Source: Scenedesmus sp. PABB004 (taxonomy: Eukaryota). From it: a stretch of 56,485 bases of DNA. A model generated the notes under the pieces. It saw only the letters and a list, made by a program, of their open reading frames with translations. It did not search any database and was not told where the DNA came from. Each line of letters starts with the position of its first letter. Position 1 is the stretch's first letter. The translations under genes were made by a program, and so were the position numbers. Below are positions 41,806 through 53,484 of this stretch, piece after piece. The stretch covers positions 248,001 to 304,485 of the forward strand of contig JABVCE010000036.1 in assembly GCA_014905635.1 (NCBI GenBank). The letters are read 5' to 3'.

Positions 41806-44800
41806 GGGGTCCTGCGCCGCCGGCGGGGCCAGCGCCGGCGCCGCCGGCAGCGCCGGCACGCCCGCTGCGGTGAGCCGGAACTCCATTGTGAAGCGGCCCC
41901 CGTGCTGGCCCGTGCGCGCGATGACCCCTCGGTGGCACCACCGGCGTTCGAAATCTGCCTGAGCGAGCTCCTTGCCGGAGCCCGACAGCCAGGAGCGCGG
42001 CACGCCCGCCAGCGCGCGCATGTCCATCGCTGCCTTGCGCCAGTCCAGCACGACTGCGTCGCGCACCGAGTACACAAAGATGCGAATCGCCGCCACAGGC
42101 GCGTGCCCGGGCTGGCCGCCGCCATGCCGCGCGCGCGCGGCGAGCAGGGCGCGCAGCAGCAGCAGGCGGAGGTGCGTCCAGAGCTGCTGCAGCTCCCGCG
42201 CGACGCCCGACCTGTCAAAGTCGTCCGCCAGCATCACCCTGGGCGGGGGCGGCGCGCGCGGGAAGCCCGGCTGCAGCCGCGCCCAGAGGTGAGCAAACCA
42301 CTGCAGCACCGCCGCCGCCACGGGGCAGCCGCCGAGGACGTGGCCGAGCGTCTCCAGCGGCGGCTGCTGCTGCGCGCGGCAGAGCGGGTGCGGGCACGCC
42401 AGCTCCGCCAGCTCCGGCGCCGCGCGCTGGTAAGAGAAGACCCTGTCGCCGCTGACGCGCACCCCGCCGTGCAGCAGGCTCCAGCCAAAGTGTCGCAGGG
42501 CGCGCGGCATGCGCGCCTGCTGCGCGCGCGCGTAGCAAGCGGCCCAGGCGGGCGGCTCCGCGCGCTCGCCGGCGCGCGCCGGCGCAGTCGCACCAGTGAG
42601 CGGGTCGACGAGGTCGTTGGCCGCCGGCTCCTGAACCAGGGTCCTGCGCTGCTCCAGCTGCTGCTCCCGCCGCTGCTCATGCTCCTCGCGCCGCGCCGCG
42701 GCGGCAGCGGCCGCCGCCGGCCCGACGCGCTCCATGACGTGGCGCCGCGGGGGCGAGACTTTCTGCCACGCCGGCAGCCCAGGCTCCGGGTCTGGCGTCT
42801 CGGCTCGCTGCCGCTCCGCCCAGCTGCGCTTCTGGCCCGCCTCCCGCCGCGCGATGGCGCTGGCCGGGCAGGCCTGGCCGTATCCGGCGCGCCAGAGGCC
42901 CGGCACGCAGCCAACGCCGGGCGTCCAGCCCCCTGCCGGCGTGACCTCGCGCGCGCAGCGCAGCTGCAGCAGCCGCAGGGTTGCGCCGCGCACCGTAAAC
43001 TGCATGACCGTGGCCGCGTGCCCGAGCCCCCACACGGAGGGGTCGACGCGGACGTCAGGCCAGAAGCCCACGAGGAACCAGCGCCGCGCCCTGCTGTGCA
43101 TCTCCGGCTGCTCCGCCGGCGCCGCTGCCCCGGGCGCTCCGGCCGCCGCGCGCTGCGCGCCCGCCGCTGGCCGCGGTGCCTGCGCCGCGTCCACCACGCA
43201 GCAGTCCTCCCACCCCCCCGCCGCGACCGTCTCGGGCGGGGGCTCGGCGGTGCGGAGCCTGCTGTCAGGCCCCACCTCGAAGAAGCTCGCCGCTGCCGCG
43301 CCCAGCGCCCACCGCCGTACCCACCGCACAGCGGGCGGCGGCGGCGGCGGCTGCGGCGGCTGCTCCACCGGCAGCGCCGCCAGCGGCTGCTGGGGCTGCT
43401 GCACCACGCCGCCGCCCGGCGACGGCGGCGCCGCGCTGGGCCGCAGCGCCTGCCAACCCGGCGCGCTCGGCCCGCTGCGCGCGAGCGCCTGCTGCCACTC
43501 ACCCGGCATGACGACGCCGTCGGCGGCCGGCCGCCACGGCAGGCGCGGCGCCGCCTGCCCGAGGCTGTCGCTGCGCAGCTCCGCGGGCAGGTCCTCGAGC
43601 GACGCGATGCGCGCGCCGCCCAGGGCCGCGCCGACGCTGCAGTTGCCCACCAGGGCCTCCACCCTGATCTGCTCCACGGTCATGCTGCCGTGGGGGATCA
43701 CCCGGTGCACGCCGAGAGCCGCAAACGCGCAGGCGATCGCGCCCCACCGCCACGGCAGCTGCGCCCGCAGCTCCAGCGCGGTGCCCTGCACGAGGGCGGC
43801 GGTGCCCCGGCCAGGCAGCGCGCGCGCGAAGCGCGCCGCCGCGGGTGGCTTCCAGGCCGCCCCCACCGGGTGCAACAGCCTGGCGGCCGTCTTGGCCAGC
43901 ATTGCCGTGGTGAAGGCCGCGACGTCGACCTGCGCCTCGCCGCCCATGCTCGCGGGCAGGCACGCGATGGCCGCCCGCGGAACCTGCCTGATAATGCGGT
44001 TGTCGCTCTCGCGGATGCACCAGTTGCCGACGATGTAGGCGGTGACGCGCCGCTGGATGAGGCGCAGGAGGTCGGCCGGCACCGGCACAAACTGCGCGTG
44101 CCAGCCCACGCAGGCCGCGAGCACCTGGCGCGCAACGTGCCGGCGGCCCGGGCGCGTGAGCGCGTACCGCGACCAGTGCGCGATGCGGCAGGTGATGGTG
44201 CGCAGCCGCTCGCGGTAAAGCTGCGCCGCGTGCCGCTCAACGCCGGTGGCAGAGAGCAGCACGCCCAGGTGCCTGACCGGCGCCTGCTCTGTGTCCGGGA
44301 AGCACACGCCCGTGCTGCACTCGACCAGCTGCCCGCTGCCATCCGGCTGCATCTGCAGCGCCGGGTGGTCGCCCAGCAGCATGCCCTTGCACTTGGCCAG
44401 GTTGAGCTGCGCGCCGCTGGCCAGGCAGAACGGCGCGACGGCGCCGTCCAGCAGCCGCTTGGCGCTCTCCACTGACGCTGCGTGCAGGGTGGTGTCGTCT
44501 GCGTGCTGGTGGCAGCAGGGCGCCGGCCCTGCGCCGCCGGGCAGCTGCAGGCTGGCAAAACCGGGCTGCCGCTGCACGCGCCGGCACATGGCCGCCAGCG
44601 GCTGCGCCGCCAGCACATACAGCAGCGGGCTGAGCGGGCTGCCCTGCGCGCAGCCCGACGCCACGCTGAACTCGCGGCTGACATGGCCGCCGTTGAAGGC
44701 GACGCGCGCCCGCGTGCCTGCGAGCAGCAGGCGGACCCAGCGCGTGGTTGCGTCGGGCAGGCCCATGCGCGCGAGGCACCTGAACAGCCAGCCGCGGTCG

Positions 44801-46773
44801 AGGCGGTCGTAGGCCTTGGCAAAGTCGAGGAACAGCAGGCAGCCCGGCGCGCGCGTCTCGCGCGCGTGGTCGATCGCCTCCAGGTGCATGAGCACGTTGT
44901 CGGCGATGTCCCGGCCCGGCACAAACGCCGTCTGCGTGCCGTCGACGATGGAGCCGAGCGCGGGCGCGATCCGCTGCACGATGGCCTTGGCTGCGATCTT
45001 GGTGTCTGCGTTGAGCAGCGTGATGGGGCGGTAGCTGCTGACCGCCTCGCGCGGCTGGCCGCCCTTGTGGATCAGCGTGATGAGCCCGAGCCGCTGCGTC
45101 GCCGCGAGCTGCGGCGCGCCGGCTGCCCGGTTGAGGTAGTGATAGTTGAAAGCTTGGACGAGCGGCTCGCCCAGCACCTCCCACAGGGCCGCGTAGGCCT
45201 CGCAGGTGAGGCCGTCGCTGCCCGGCGCCGCGCCGCGCGGCAGGCCGGCCAGCGCCGCCGTCGCCTCGGCGAGCGTGAGCAGCCCCTCGGGGTCCTGCCC
45301 GCGGCAGGCCCGCTGCTCGGCTGCCGAGAGCTGCCGGTCCAGCGCGTCCAGCATGCAGTCCTGCTGCTGCTGGTCGGTCGGCCGGACGCCGAACATGCCG
45401 CCCGGCACGTCCGCGTCGAAGAAGTCGGCGATGATGCGGCCGCCCTCCTGGACGCCTGCCCTGGAGGTAAGCGGCACGGCGGGCTGGCCCGGGCGGGCGA
45501 GCGCGTGAATTGGCTGCGCGCCGCCCGGCGCGCGGCCCAGGCGGTGGAACCAGCGGCTGGGCCCCTCGCCGCACTCTTCCCATACCGCCTCCAGAGCGTC
45601 CGCCTGCTGCCGCCGCTGCGCCGCCTCCGCCGCGGCGAGCGCCCGCTCCGCGGCGAGGGCGTTAGCGGCGGCCTCGGGGCAGCCGTACTGCTGGCTGCCT
45701 GCCGCCCAGCGCGCTGCGCGCAGCGCGTGCCGCAGCTGGTGGAGCTCCTGCTGCTCCTGCTGCCGCATCTCCGCACGCAGCTCCGCCGCGATGCGCCGCA
45801 CACTCTGTTTGAGCTGCTCAAACAGCTCGCCCGGGTCCAGCCCTGCGTCCCGCAGCTGCTGCGCGGCAGCTGCTACACGGTCGCGGAGCTCGGCCCGGCG
45901 GCTGGCGCAGGCGAGCAGGTCGTTGGGGAACGTCCAGCGTCGCCGCCCAGCCAGCGGCTGTCCCGGCCGCTGCAGGCTGACGCTGACCGGCCTGTGGTCA
46001 CTGTGGCACAGCGGGTGGTGCGCCGCACCGACCAGCCAGTGGTCGGCGAGCTCCTGCGCCACAAACCACGCGTCGATGCGGCCACCGTGCACCGCCCCGT
46101 CGCGCCGCTGGTAGTGCGTGGGCTGCGCGCGGAGCTGCGGCGCCACGCGCAGCAGCGCGTCGACGACGCCCGCCGCCGCGTTGGCGCGGGCGAGGTCCGC
46201 GCCGCCGTGGCACCGGCCAGACCGCGCCGCCGCCTGCCCCGGCAGGGGCTGGATGTCAGCCGGCGAGACGACGCAGTTGAAGTCGCCGCCCGCCAGCAGC
46301 AGCGCGCCCGCCGGCCCTGCCAGGAGGGCCTCCTGGTACGGCCCCGCGAAGAACGCAGGGCGCTCTGCCCGCTCGGACGGCGCGTAAACGCCCAGCACCG
46401 AGAGGCGGTCGCCATGCTGCGTGCGCCAGCCCACGCGCAGCAGCCTACCTACAGTGTCACAGTACTCGATACTCGGCGCCTCCCCAGCGGGCACGACGCC
46501 ATCGCGGATCAGGATGCCCACGCCCCGCGACGCTGAGCTGCCGTGGCTCCACCATGCTGAACCCTGCCATGGCCGGCCGGGGCCGGCCCCGCCCTGGACC
46601 CACCTGCGGGCCTGGCCGTCGCCCTGCGCGTGCGTCTCTGTGAGGACGACCACGTGGTAGCGGGAGGCCAGGAGCCAGGCGAAGAACGCCTGTCGGCTGG
46701 GCTTGTGGTTGAGGCCGTTCACGTTGACGGCCACCACCTTGAGCCCCCCCCAGGCCGCGCTCGCGCGCGACAT
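41761..46773 (-). CDS. L1 ORF2: AP endonuclease - reverse transcriptase - C-terminal Cys/His motif
   Basis: APE: VAVNVNGL, LTETH, GVYAP, GGDFNC, GRIDAW, SDHRPV. RT: PGSDGL, YRPITLLNAD, FLDFAKAYDR, GCAQGSPLSPLLY, HADD, RHLG. C-terminal: CPHPLC..ETLGHVLGGC. Confidence 0.92.
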
Positions 46774-46775
46774 GG

Positions 46776-48056
46776 CTACTGCGGCTGCCCGCGGCGCCGC
46801 CGCGGGCTCGCGGGCGACCCGCCCGCCTGCCAGCCGGGGGCGAAGCCGCGGTTCGCCTCGCTCCAGGTGCCCAGCCCCGGCCGCTGTGAGCGCCTCGGGC
46901 CGCCCGCGGCGGCCTCCGCGGCGACCGCGTTGCCCCGCTGCCCCGGCGCGCTGCGCGCGCGCGCTGCGGCCGCGCTCGCCGCCGCCGCCGGCGCGCGCGC
47001 GCCGCCGCACCAGTCCGGGCTGCGCGAGCGCGCCGCCACCGGCGCGCCGGCGCTCGCGCGCCGGCGCGACGCGCTGCGCGAGCGCTCCGCGGCGGCGCGC
47101 GCCGCCGCCGCCAGCCCGCTCGCACCGCCGCGCCGCCGCGCCGCGCCGCCGGAGCTCTCCGCGGCGTCGCCTGCCGCCGCCGCTGACGCGCCAGCGCCGC
47201 CCTGCTGCCGCGGCACGCTGCGCGGGCGTGCCTCGGGGGCGCGCGCCGCCGCCGGCGGCGGCGCGGCGTCGGCTGCCGTCCGCCACCAGCGGGCCGGGCG
47301 CGCTGCCGCGGGGCTGGCCTCGGCCCCCGCCGCCGCCGCTGCCGCCTCCGCCGCCGCCGGCTGCGCCGCCGCAGCCGGCCCGGCCTCGGCGCGCGCCGCC
47401 GCGGCGGCACCGGGCCCAGGCCCGCCCTCGTCGTCCGTGCCGTACCCTGCGTCTGGCGGCAGGCCGAAGCGGCGGCGCAGCCACGCGCGCCGCGCGGGCC
47501 AGGCGCACGCACCGCCGACGGGGTCCGGCAGGCTCTGTCGCATGGCCGCCCAGTACTCCTCGCGCAGCCGCTTGCAGTCGCTGCCGCCCAGGTCGCCGCC
47601 GCCCCATTCCTCGCAGGCGCTCCTGGCCGCAGCGATCAGGTCGTCCGCGTCCGGCCCGTCACACCAGGCCCGGAACGCGGTGCTGCGTGCCGTGCTGCCC
47701 CCTGTGGTGCGCTGCTCGCCGCGCGCCGCGCCGCGCCGCGCGCCGCGCGCCGCGCCGCGCCCCGCGCTGGCGCGCGCCGCGTTGGCCCGCGCCGCGCCGC
47801 TGCGCCCCTCGCCGTCGGGCGGCGGGCTGCCGGCGGGCTGCTCCCCACCGCCGCCGTCTGCGTCCACCTGCATCGGGTCGCACCCGCCGGGCAGCGTCCC
47901 GGCGTCGGGCAGCTGTGTCGCCGGCCGCCGCAGCCGCGGGCTCCGACGCGGCCGCTCGCCCAGCTCCATCGCCGCCGGCCCGCTCCTTGCCGCCGCGTCG
48001 CCGGCACCGTCGCCGGGCAGGTCCTGCGGCTGCCGCTGCTGCTGCCGCTGCTGACC
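46776..48056 (-). pseudogene. C-terminal part of L1 ORF1 (5'-truncated)
   Basis: Open frame ending with TAG 2 nt before the ORF2 ATG; low complexity. Confidence 0.6.
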
Positions 48057-48363
48057 CAGCCCCCTCGCCGCGCGACGACCAACACGCAGACACCTTCCTT
48101 GGGCGCCCGTTGGGCGTTGGCCTCTGGCTGTGCCGTTGGGTGATGTGTGTGCCCCCTCTCGGGGGGCGCCGGGGTGCGGTTTTTCACGAGGGGTTGCTGC
48201 GCTCTTCCCGTTGGAGTTTTTTTTTCAATGGGCTGCCCCTGGGCCTCGGTCCTTGTCTGGTCACCCGTTGTAACAAAAAAAAAAAAAAAAAACACGCAGC
48301 CAGCCGGGGTCGCAGCAAGCCCGGCCGCGGACCCCCCCGGCCCCTGCAGCTAGCCGCCGCGCT

Positions 48364-48394
<31 letters not shown>

Positions 48395-48528
48395 GGGGTC
48401 CTGCGCCGCCGGCGGGGCCAGCGCCGGCGCCGCCGGCAGCGCCGGCACGCCCGCTGCGGTGAGCCGGAACTCCATTGTGAAGCGGCCCCCGTGCTGGCCC
48501 GTGCGCGCGATGACCCCTCGGTGGCACC

Positions 48529-48979
48529 TGCCCCGCCGCCCCTGCTGAGCGGAGGTGCGCGGCTCCAACAGGCTGCCCGGCCACGGGCTGCGCCGCCGAG
48601 GTCGGCCGCCGGCGGCCGCGCCGCGCCGCGGGCCGCGCGCCGCCCGCGCGCGCGCCGCTCGCCGGCGCCGCGGCGCGGCGATGCCGTGCGCCGTTTCCCC
48701 TGCCCCGCCGCCCCTGCGGAGCGGAGGTGCGCGGCTCCAACAGGCTGCCCGGCCACGGGCTGCGCCGCCGAGGTCGGCCGCCGGCGGCCGCGCCGCGCCG
48801 CGGGCCGCGCGCCGCCGCGCGCGCGCCGCTCGCCGGCGCCGCGGCGCGGCGATGCCGTGCGCCGTTTCCCCTGCCCCGCCGCCCCTGCGGAGCGGAGGTG
48901 CGCGGCTCCAACAGGCTGCCCGGCCACGGGCTGCGCCGCCGAGGTCGGCCGCCGGCGGCCGCGCCGCGCCGCGGGCCGC
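48529..48979. repeat. 172-bp satellite (~2.6 monomers)
   Basis: Same monomer. Confidence 0.9.
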
Positions 48980-49333
48980 ACTTGGTCGGAGTAGGCGCGG
49001 TTGTTGCCGGCTAGAAGAGCGAGTCGACAACGGCGGACAGCGGCGGTTGGCCAACGAGAGAGCACGGAGACACGAGTGAAGGAGCAAAGGTTACATGTGC
49101 GTGGTGAAGAGACTCCTTAGGCAAACGGGGCGGGCGCACGGAGCTATATAGCCGAAACGGTATCGGTAATCGCAGCTTCTCGGCGGCTGCCGGTAGCTGC
49201 GCCGTAAGCAGCTTCCACCGCGGTTAGCACCTTCCACAAGAGCCCAACTAAGGCCCAAAGTTCCGAGTAGCTTCCTTTAGGCTCCATGCACGCAATGGGG
49301 TGAGTGTGCGGCCGAAAACACGCACTCTCATCA
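48980..49333 (-). repeat. Copia 3' LTR
   Basis: Identical to 54397-54750; contains TATATA and minus-strand TGTAA. Confidence 0.92.
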
Positions 49334-49353
49334 CTCCCACGCGGACGCAACAC

Positions 49354-52300
49354 TCACACCATGCCCATGCCGGTGCGGCACGCCACAAACTTGGACAGCG
49401 CCAGCGGCTTGGTGAGCGCGTCGGCGATGTTGTCGTCCGTGGGCACGTAGTGGAACGTGACCTCGCCGCGGGCCACGCGCTCGCGCGCAAAGTGGTGCGC
49501 GACGTCAATGTGCTTCGAGCGCTGCGAGGACACGGGGTTGCGCAGCAGCTTGATCGCACCCTGGTTGTCGGAGAGGATGTCGATGGCGCCGATGTTGACC
49601 TTGAGGTCGCTCATGAGCTTGCGCAGCCAGAGGGCCTCCTTGACCGCAGCGGAGGCGGCCATGTACTCGGCCTCGGTGGTGGAGGCTGCGACGGTCTGCT
49701 GCTTCTTGCTGGACCAGGTGATTGCGCCGCCGTTGAGGGTGAAGACGTAGCCGGTGGTCGAGCGGCGCGTGTCGAGGTCGGCCGCGTAGTCCGAGTCACA
49801 CATGCCGTTGAGGTCCAGGCTGCCCTTGATGCCGCCGTAGATGATGCCAATGTTGGTGGTGCCGGCCAGGTAGCGGAGCACGCCCTTGGCCACGCCCCAG
49901 TGCACGGTCGTGGGGCAGGACATGAAGCGTGTCAACGCGCTCACCGCAAAGGCGATGTCGGGGCGCACCGTGATGGAGAGGTAGAGGAGCGCTCCCACGA
50001 GCGACGTGTAGGGGTAGGCCGCGGTGTCGAGCGGGTCGCCGTTGTCCTTGGTGAGCTTGGTGCCGAGGCTCACGGGGATGTCGCGGGGCGCGCAGTCGGC
50101 GAGCCCGTACTTGAAGACGAGCTCGGTCACCATCTTCTCGTTGGTGATCTTGATGGTCTTGTTGATGCGGTCGCGCGTGATGTGCATGCCGAGGTACTGG
50201 CTCACCTCGCCGAGGTCGCGGGTCTTGAAGGCGGCAAAGAGCTCCGCCTTGACCGACTCGGCGAGCGCGCAGTTGCGCGCAATGATGAGGATGTCGTCGA
50301 CGTAGATGAGGATGTACGCGCCGGAGGTGCCGACGTAGAGCGATGCGTCGGCCTTGGACGGCGCGAAGCCCATCTTGGTGAGCTCCTCGTGCAGGCGCGA
50401 GTGCCACGCGCGCGGGGCCTGCTTGAGGCCGTAGAGCGCCTTGATCAGGCGGCACGCGCGGCCGGAGCCGTCGTCGTAGCCCTCGGGCTGGCTGATCCAC
50501 ACCTCCTCCTCGAGGTTGCCTTGGAGGAAGGCGTTCTTAATGTCGATTTGGATGATCTCGTAGTCGTGCGCAGCGGCGAGCGCGAGCACCGCGCGCAGCG
50601 TGGCGTACTTGCCGACGGGGGCGAAGACCTCGTCGTAGTCGATGCCCTCGATCTGGTGGAAGCCCTTGGCGACGATGCGGCCCTTGTAGCGCTCGATGTT
50701 GCCGGCGAGGTCGGTCTTGGTCGTGAGGACCCACTTGGTCGGGATGATCTTGACGCCGGCGGGCGGCACGTCGAGCTCCCACGTGTTGTTGGCCACGTGG
50801 GCGGCGATCTCCTCGTTCATGGCGTCGTCCCACTTGGACGCGTCGAGCCGGCCGAGCGCCTCGGTGCGCGTGGCCGGGTCGGGCAAGACCTGCCCCGCGT
50901 AGTGCGCGGCGGCGGCGGCGTTCCACCACTCACCGGGCTTGCGCGACACGCGCCCCGAGCGCGTGATGGTGCCGCCGGTGGTGGAGTCGGTGCCGCCGGC
51001 GGTCGGCGCCGGCATGTTGTCGTTGCTCTCGGGCGCCGGGCTCGGCGCGGGCGGCGGCGAGCCGCCCGGGCTCGAGGGCGGGGAGCCGCCGGGGCTCGCG
51101 GGCGGGGAGCCGCCCGGGGTGCCCGGCGGGGAGCCGCTCGGCGGCGCACCGTCGTGCGCGCCGGAGTCGGGCTCGTCCTCAAAGGCGTCGTCCGCCGGGA
51201 ACTTCTCGGCGGCGTAGCGGGTGATGTCGGGGTCGATGAGCGTCGGGGACTTGTAGTTGGCGAAGCTCTTGGAGAGCACCTTGCTCTCGTCGAAGACGAC
51301 GTTGCGGCTCAACTTGATGTTGCCGTCGGGCATGAGGATGCGGTAGCCCTTGCCAAAGGCCGGGTAGCCCACCATGATGCCCTTCTCGGCGTGCGGCTCG
51401 AGCTTGGTCCTCTTCTCCTTGGGCACGTGGGCGTAGGCCGTGGCGCCAAAGACGCGGAGCGTTGACACGTCGGGCTTGCGGCCGAAGAAGGCCTCGAACG
51501 GCGTCTTGGGCTTGCCGCTCACGGGAGAGAGGTTGCGGAGGTGGTTGGCCGTCATGATCGCCTCACCCCACGCCGCGGGCGGGAGCTCGGCGGCGTAGAT
51601 CATGGGGAGCACCTTGTTGAGGAGCGTGCGGTTGAGCCGCTCGGCGGTGCCGTTTTGCTCGGGCGTGTAGGGCATGGTCTTTTGGTGCGCGATGCCCTTG
51701 TCCTTGAAGAAGCCAGAGAGGTCGGCGTTGACGTACTCGGAGCCGTTGTCGGTGCGGACGGCCTTGACGTGGGCGTCGGTTTGCTTCTCCATGTAGGTGA
51801 GCACCTCCTTGACGGCCGGCGTGACGTCGGCCTTGCTCTTGAGCGTGCGCACGATGGAGTAGCCCGTCGCGTGGTCGATGAAGGTCGCGGCGTACTTGGC
51901 GCCGCCGTAAGAGAGCTCGGTCATGGGGCCGCACACGTCCATGCTCACGAGCGCGAGCGGCGTGTCGTACACCGTCGCGGACTCACCGAAGGGGAGGCGC
52001 GTCGTCTTGCCCATCACGCACGGCTCGCACATGGGGAGCGCCTTGAAGTCGGTGGTCGTGAGGTCCATGCCGGTCACCATGCCGTGCTTGGCGGCGCGCT
52101 CGAGGTTGGCGTAGCCGAGGTGGCCAAGGCGCGCGTGCCACACCTCGGGCGCCTCTTTGGCAATGAGCGCCGGGCTCGGGGAGCCGCGGAGCGTGTTGCT
52201 CACGATGCACGGGATGCCGTTGGGCGCGTCGATGGCGGTGACGATCGTCTCGCCGCCCATGCGCACGGCGCACTTGTTGCCCTCCATGATGAACGTGGCG

Positions 52301-53484
52301 CCGGCGAGCTTGGCCATCTTGATGGAGACGAGCTTGGCCGCAAAGCCGGGGATGTAGAGCACGCGGCGGAGCACGATGCGCCGCGAGATGACGTTGGACT
52401 CGTGCAAGATGGCGTCGCCCTCGAGCTCGGCGGCGACCACCTCGCCGGTGCCCACGATGACCTTGGTCGAGCACGGCTTGGGGTTGTTGAGGTCGCCGGC
52501 GTCGTTGGTGATGTGGCGCTCGGCCCCCGAGTCGATGAACCACGTGCACGCGTAGTCCGGGTTGTCGTAGTCGGGAGCGAGCGTGGTGGCGGTCCACGCC
52601 ACCTCGCGCCGCTCGGTGTCGGGCGTGCCCTTGCGCGCCTCGACCGCGGCCCGCTCGCGGCACTCACCGATGAAGTGGCCGGGCTTCTTGCAATAGTAGC
52701 ACACGTCTTTGGCGTCCTTGGACGCGCCGAAGCAAGGCCGGTTGCCGCCGGGCGAGCCGCCGCCGTTGAACGGGCGCGGCGAGTTGACGAAGCGCGACGC
52801 GCCGAGCATGGGCGCGCGCGGGTTGAAGGGCTTGTTGAAGCGCGGGTTGAACGTCTTGTTGAGCGGCTTGAACTTGGGCCGCGGCGCGGTCGCAAAGTAG
52901 GCCTTCTCGGTGTTGGCCGGGGTTTGCGCCTCCACGGTCAAGAGCTCGGAGATGACCTCCTCGAGCGTGGGGAAGGGCTTCTTGCTCATGATGATCTTCT
53001 TGGTGACCTCGTACGCGCTCGGGAGCTTGTCGAGCATGGCGAGCGAGATGTCCATGTCGTCCACCGTGGCGCCGGCGGAGATGAGGTTGTCCTTGAGCGC
53101 GTACGCGCGGCCGGCAAAGGCCGTGATGGTCTCGGTGTTGCCCTTGGCGAGCGTGCTCAACTCGCGCTTGAAGCGCACGATGCTTGCCGTGTTTTGGGTG
53201 TGGTACATGTTGGCGAGCTTGTCCCACGCTTCCTTGGCGGTGGTGCACGTTTGGATGAGTGGCAAGATCTTGTTGTCGACGGAGAGGACGATGGCGGCAA
53301 GGGCCTTGTCGTCGCGCGCGGCGTCGCGCGCGGGCGCGGCGTCGGCGTCGTTGCCGGGCGGCGGCGCGTCGATGAGCGCGCCATAGAAGCCCTTGAGCTT
53401 GAGGTAGAAGGTAATCTTGGTGCTCCACGTGACGTAGTTGGAGCCGGTGAATCGCTCAACGCCAAACTTTTCAAAGTCCATCAT
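49354..53484 (-). CDS. Copia Gag-Pol polyprotein (gag, CCHC knuckle, protease, integrase, RT, RNase H), 1376 aa
   Basis: CYYCKKPGHFIGEC; WFIDSGA; WHARLGH..CEPC; SMDVCGP, RTDNGSEY, QNGTAER; YGLKQAPRAW, YVDD; CDSDYA, TEAEY. Confidence 0.95.
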   Translation of the reverse strand: MMDFEKFGVERFTGSNYVTWSTKITFYLKLKGFYGALIDAPPPGNDADAAPARDAARDDKALAAIVLSVDNKILPLIQTCTTAKEAWDKLANMYHTQNTASIVRFKRELSTLAKGNTETITAFAGRAYALKDNLISAGATVDDMDISLAMLDKLPSAYEVTKKIIMSKKPFPTLEEVISELLTVEAQTPANTEKAYFATAPRPKFKPLNKTFNPRFNKPFNPRAPMLGASRFVNSPRPFNGGGSPGGNRPCFGASKDAKDVCYYCKKPGHFIGECRERAAVEARKGTPDTERREVAWTATTLAPDYDNPDYACTWFIDSGAERHITNDAGDLNNPKPCSTKVIVGTGEVVAAELEGDAILHESNVISRRIVLRRVLYIPGFAAKLVSIKMAKLAGATFIMEGNKCAVRMGGETIVTAIDAPNGIPCIVSNTLRGSPSPALIAKEAPEVWHARLGHLGYANLERAAKHGMVTGMDLTTTDFKALPMCEPCVMGKTTRLPFGESATVYDTPLALVSMDVCGPMTELSYGGAKYAATFIDHATGYSIVRTLKSKADVTPAVKEVLTYMEKQTDAHVKAVRTDNGSEYVNADLSGFFKDKGIAHQKTMPYTPEQNGTAERLNRTLLNKVLPMIYAAELPPAAWGEAIMTANHLRNLSPVSGKPKTPFEAFFGRKPDVSTLRVFGATAYAHVPKEKRTKLEPHAEKGIMVGYPAFGKGYRILMPDGNIKLSRNVVFDESKVLSKSFANYKSPTLIDPDITRYAAEKFPADDAFEDEPDSGAHDGAPPSGSPPGTPGGSPPASPGGSPPSSPGGSPPPAPSPAPESNDNMPAPTAGGTDSTTGGTITRSGRVSRKPGEWWNAAAAAHYAGQVLPDPATRTEALGRLDASKWDDAMNEEIAAHVANNTWELDVPPAGVKIIPTKWVLTTKTDLAGNIERYKGRIVAKGFHQIEGIDYDEVFAPVGKYATLRAVLALAAAHDYEIIQIDIKNAFLQGNLEEEVWISQPEGYDDGSGRACRLIKALYGLKQAPRAWHSRLHEELTKMGFAPSKADASLYVGTSGAYILIYVDDILIIARNCALAESVKAELFAAFKTRDLGEVSQYLGMHITRDRINKTIKITNEKMVTELVFKYGLADCAPRDIPVSLGTKLTKDNGDPLDTAAYPYTSLVGALLYLSITVRPDIAFAVSALTRFMSCPTTVHWGVAKGVLRYLAGTTNIGIIYGGIKGSLDLNGMCDSDYAADLDTRRSTTGYVFTLNGGAITWSSKKQQTVAASTTEAEYMAASAAVKEALWLRKLMSDLKVNIGAIDILSDNQGAIKLLRNPVSSQRSKHIDVAHHFARERVARGEVTFHYVPTDDNIADALTKPLALSKFVACRTGMGMV

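Larger units (their letters stand above)
41232..48056 (-). mobile_element. L1-clade LINE (possibly Zepp-like), 5'-truncated within ORF1, ORF2 intact
   Basis: ORF1 C-terminus, TAG-CC-ATG junction, APE-RT-Zn ORF2, ~510-nt 3' UTR ending in TGTAAC plus poly(A). Inserted into HOR unit 3 with a few bases deleted. Confidence 0.9.

Noticed and set aside
46774..47607. N-terminal extension of L1 ORF2 in the 1948-aa ORF call
   Set aside because: It overlaps ORF1 in another frame. The endonuclease starts right after the ATG at 46773, which follows the ORF1 stop.
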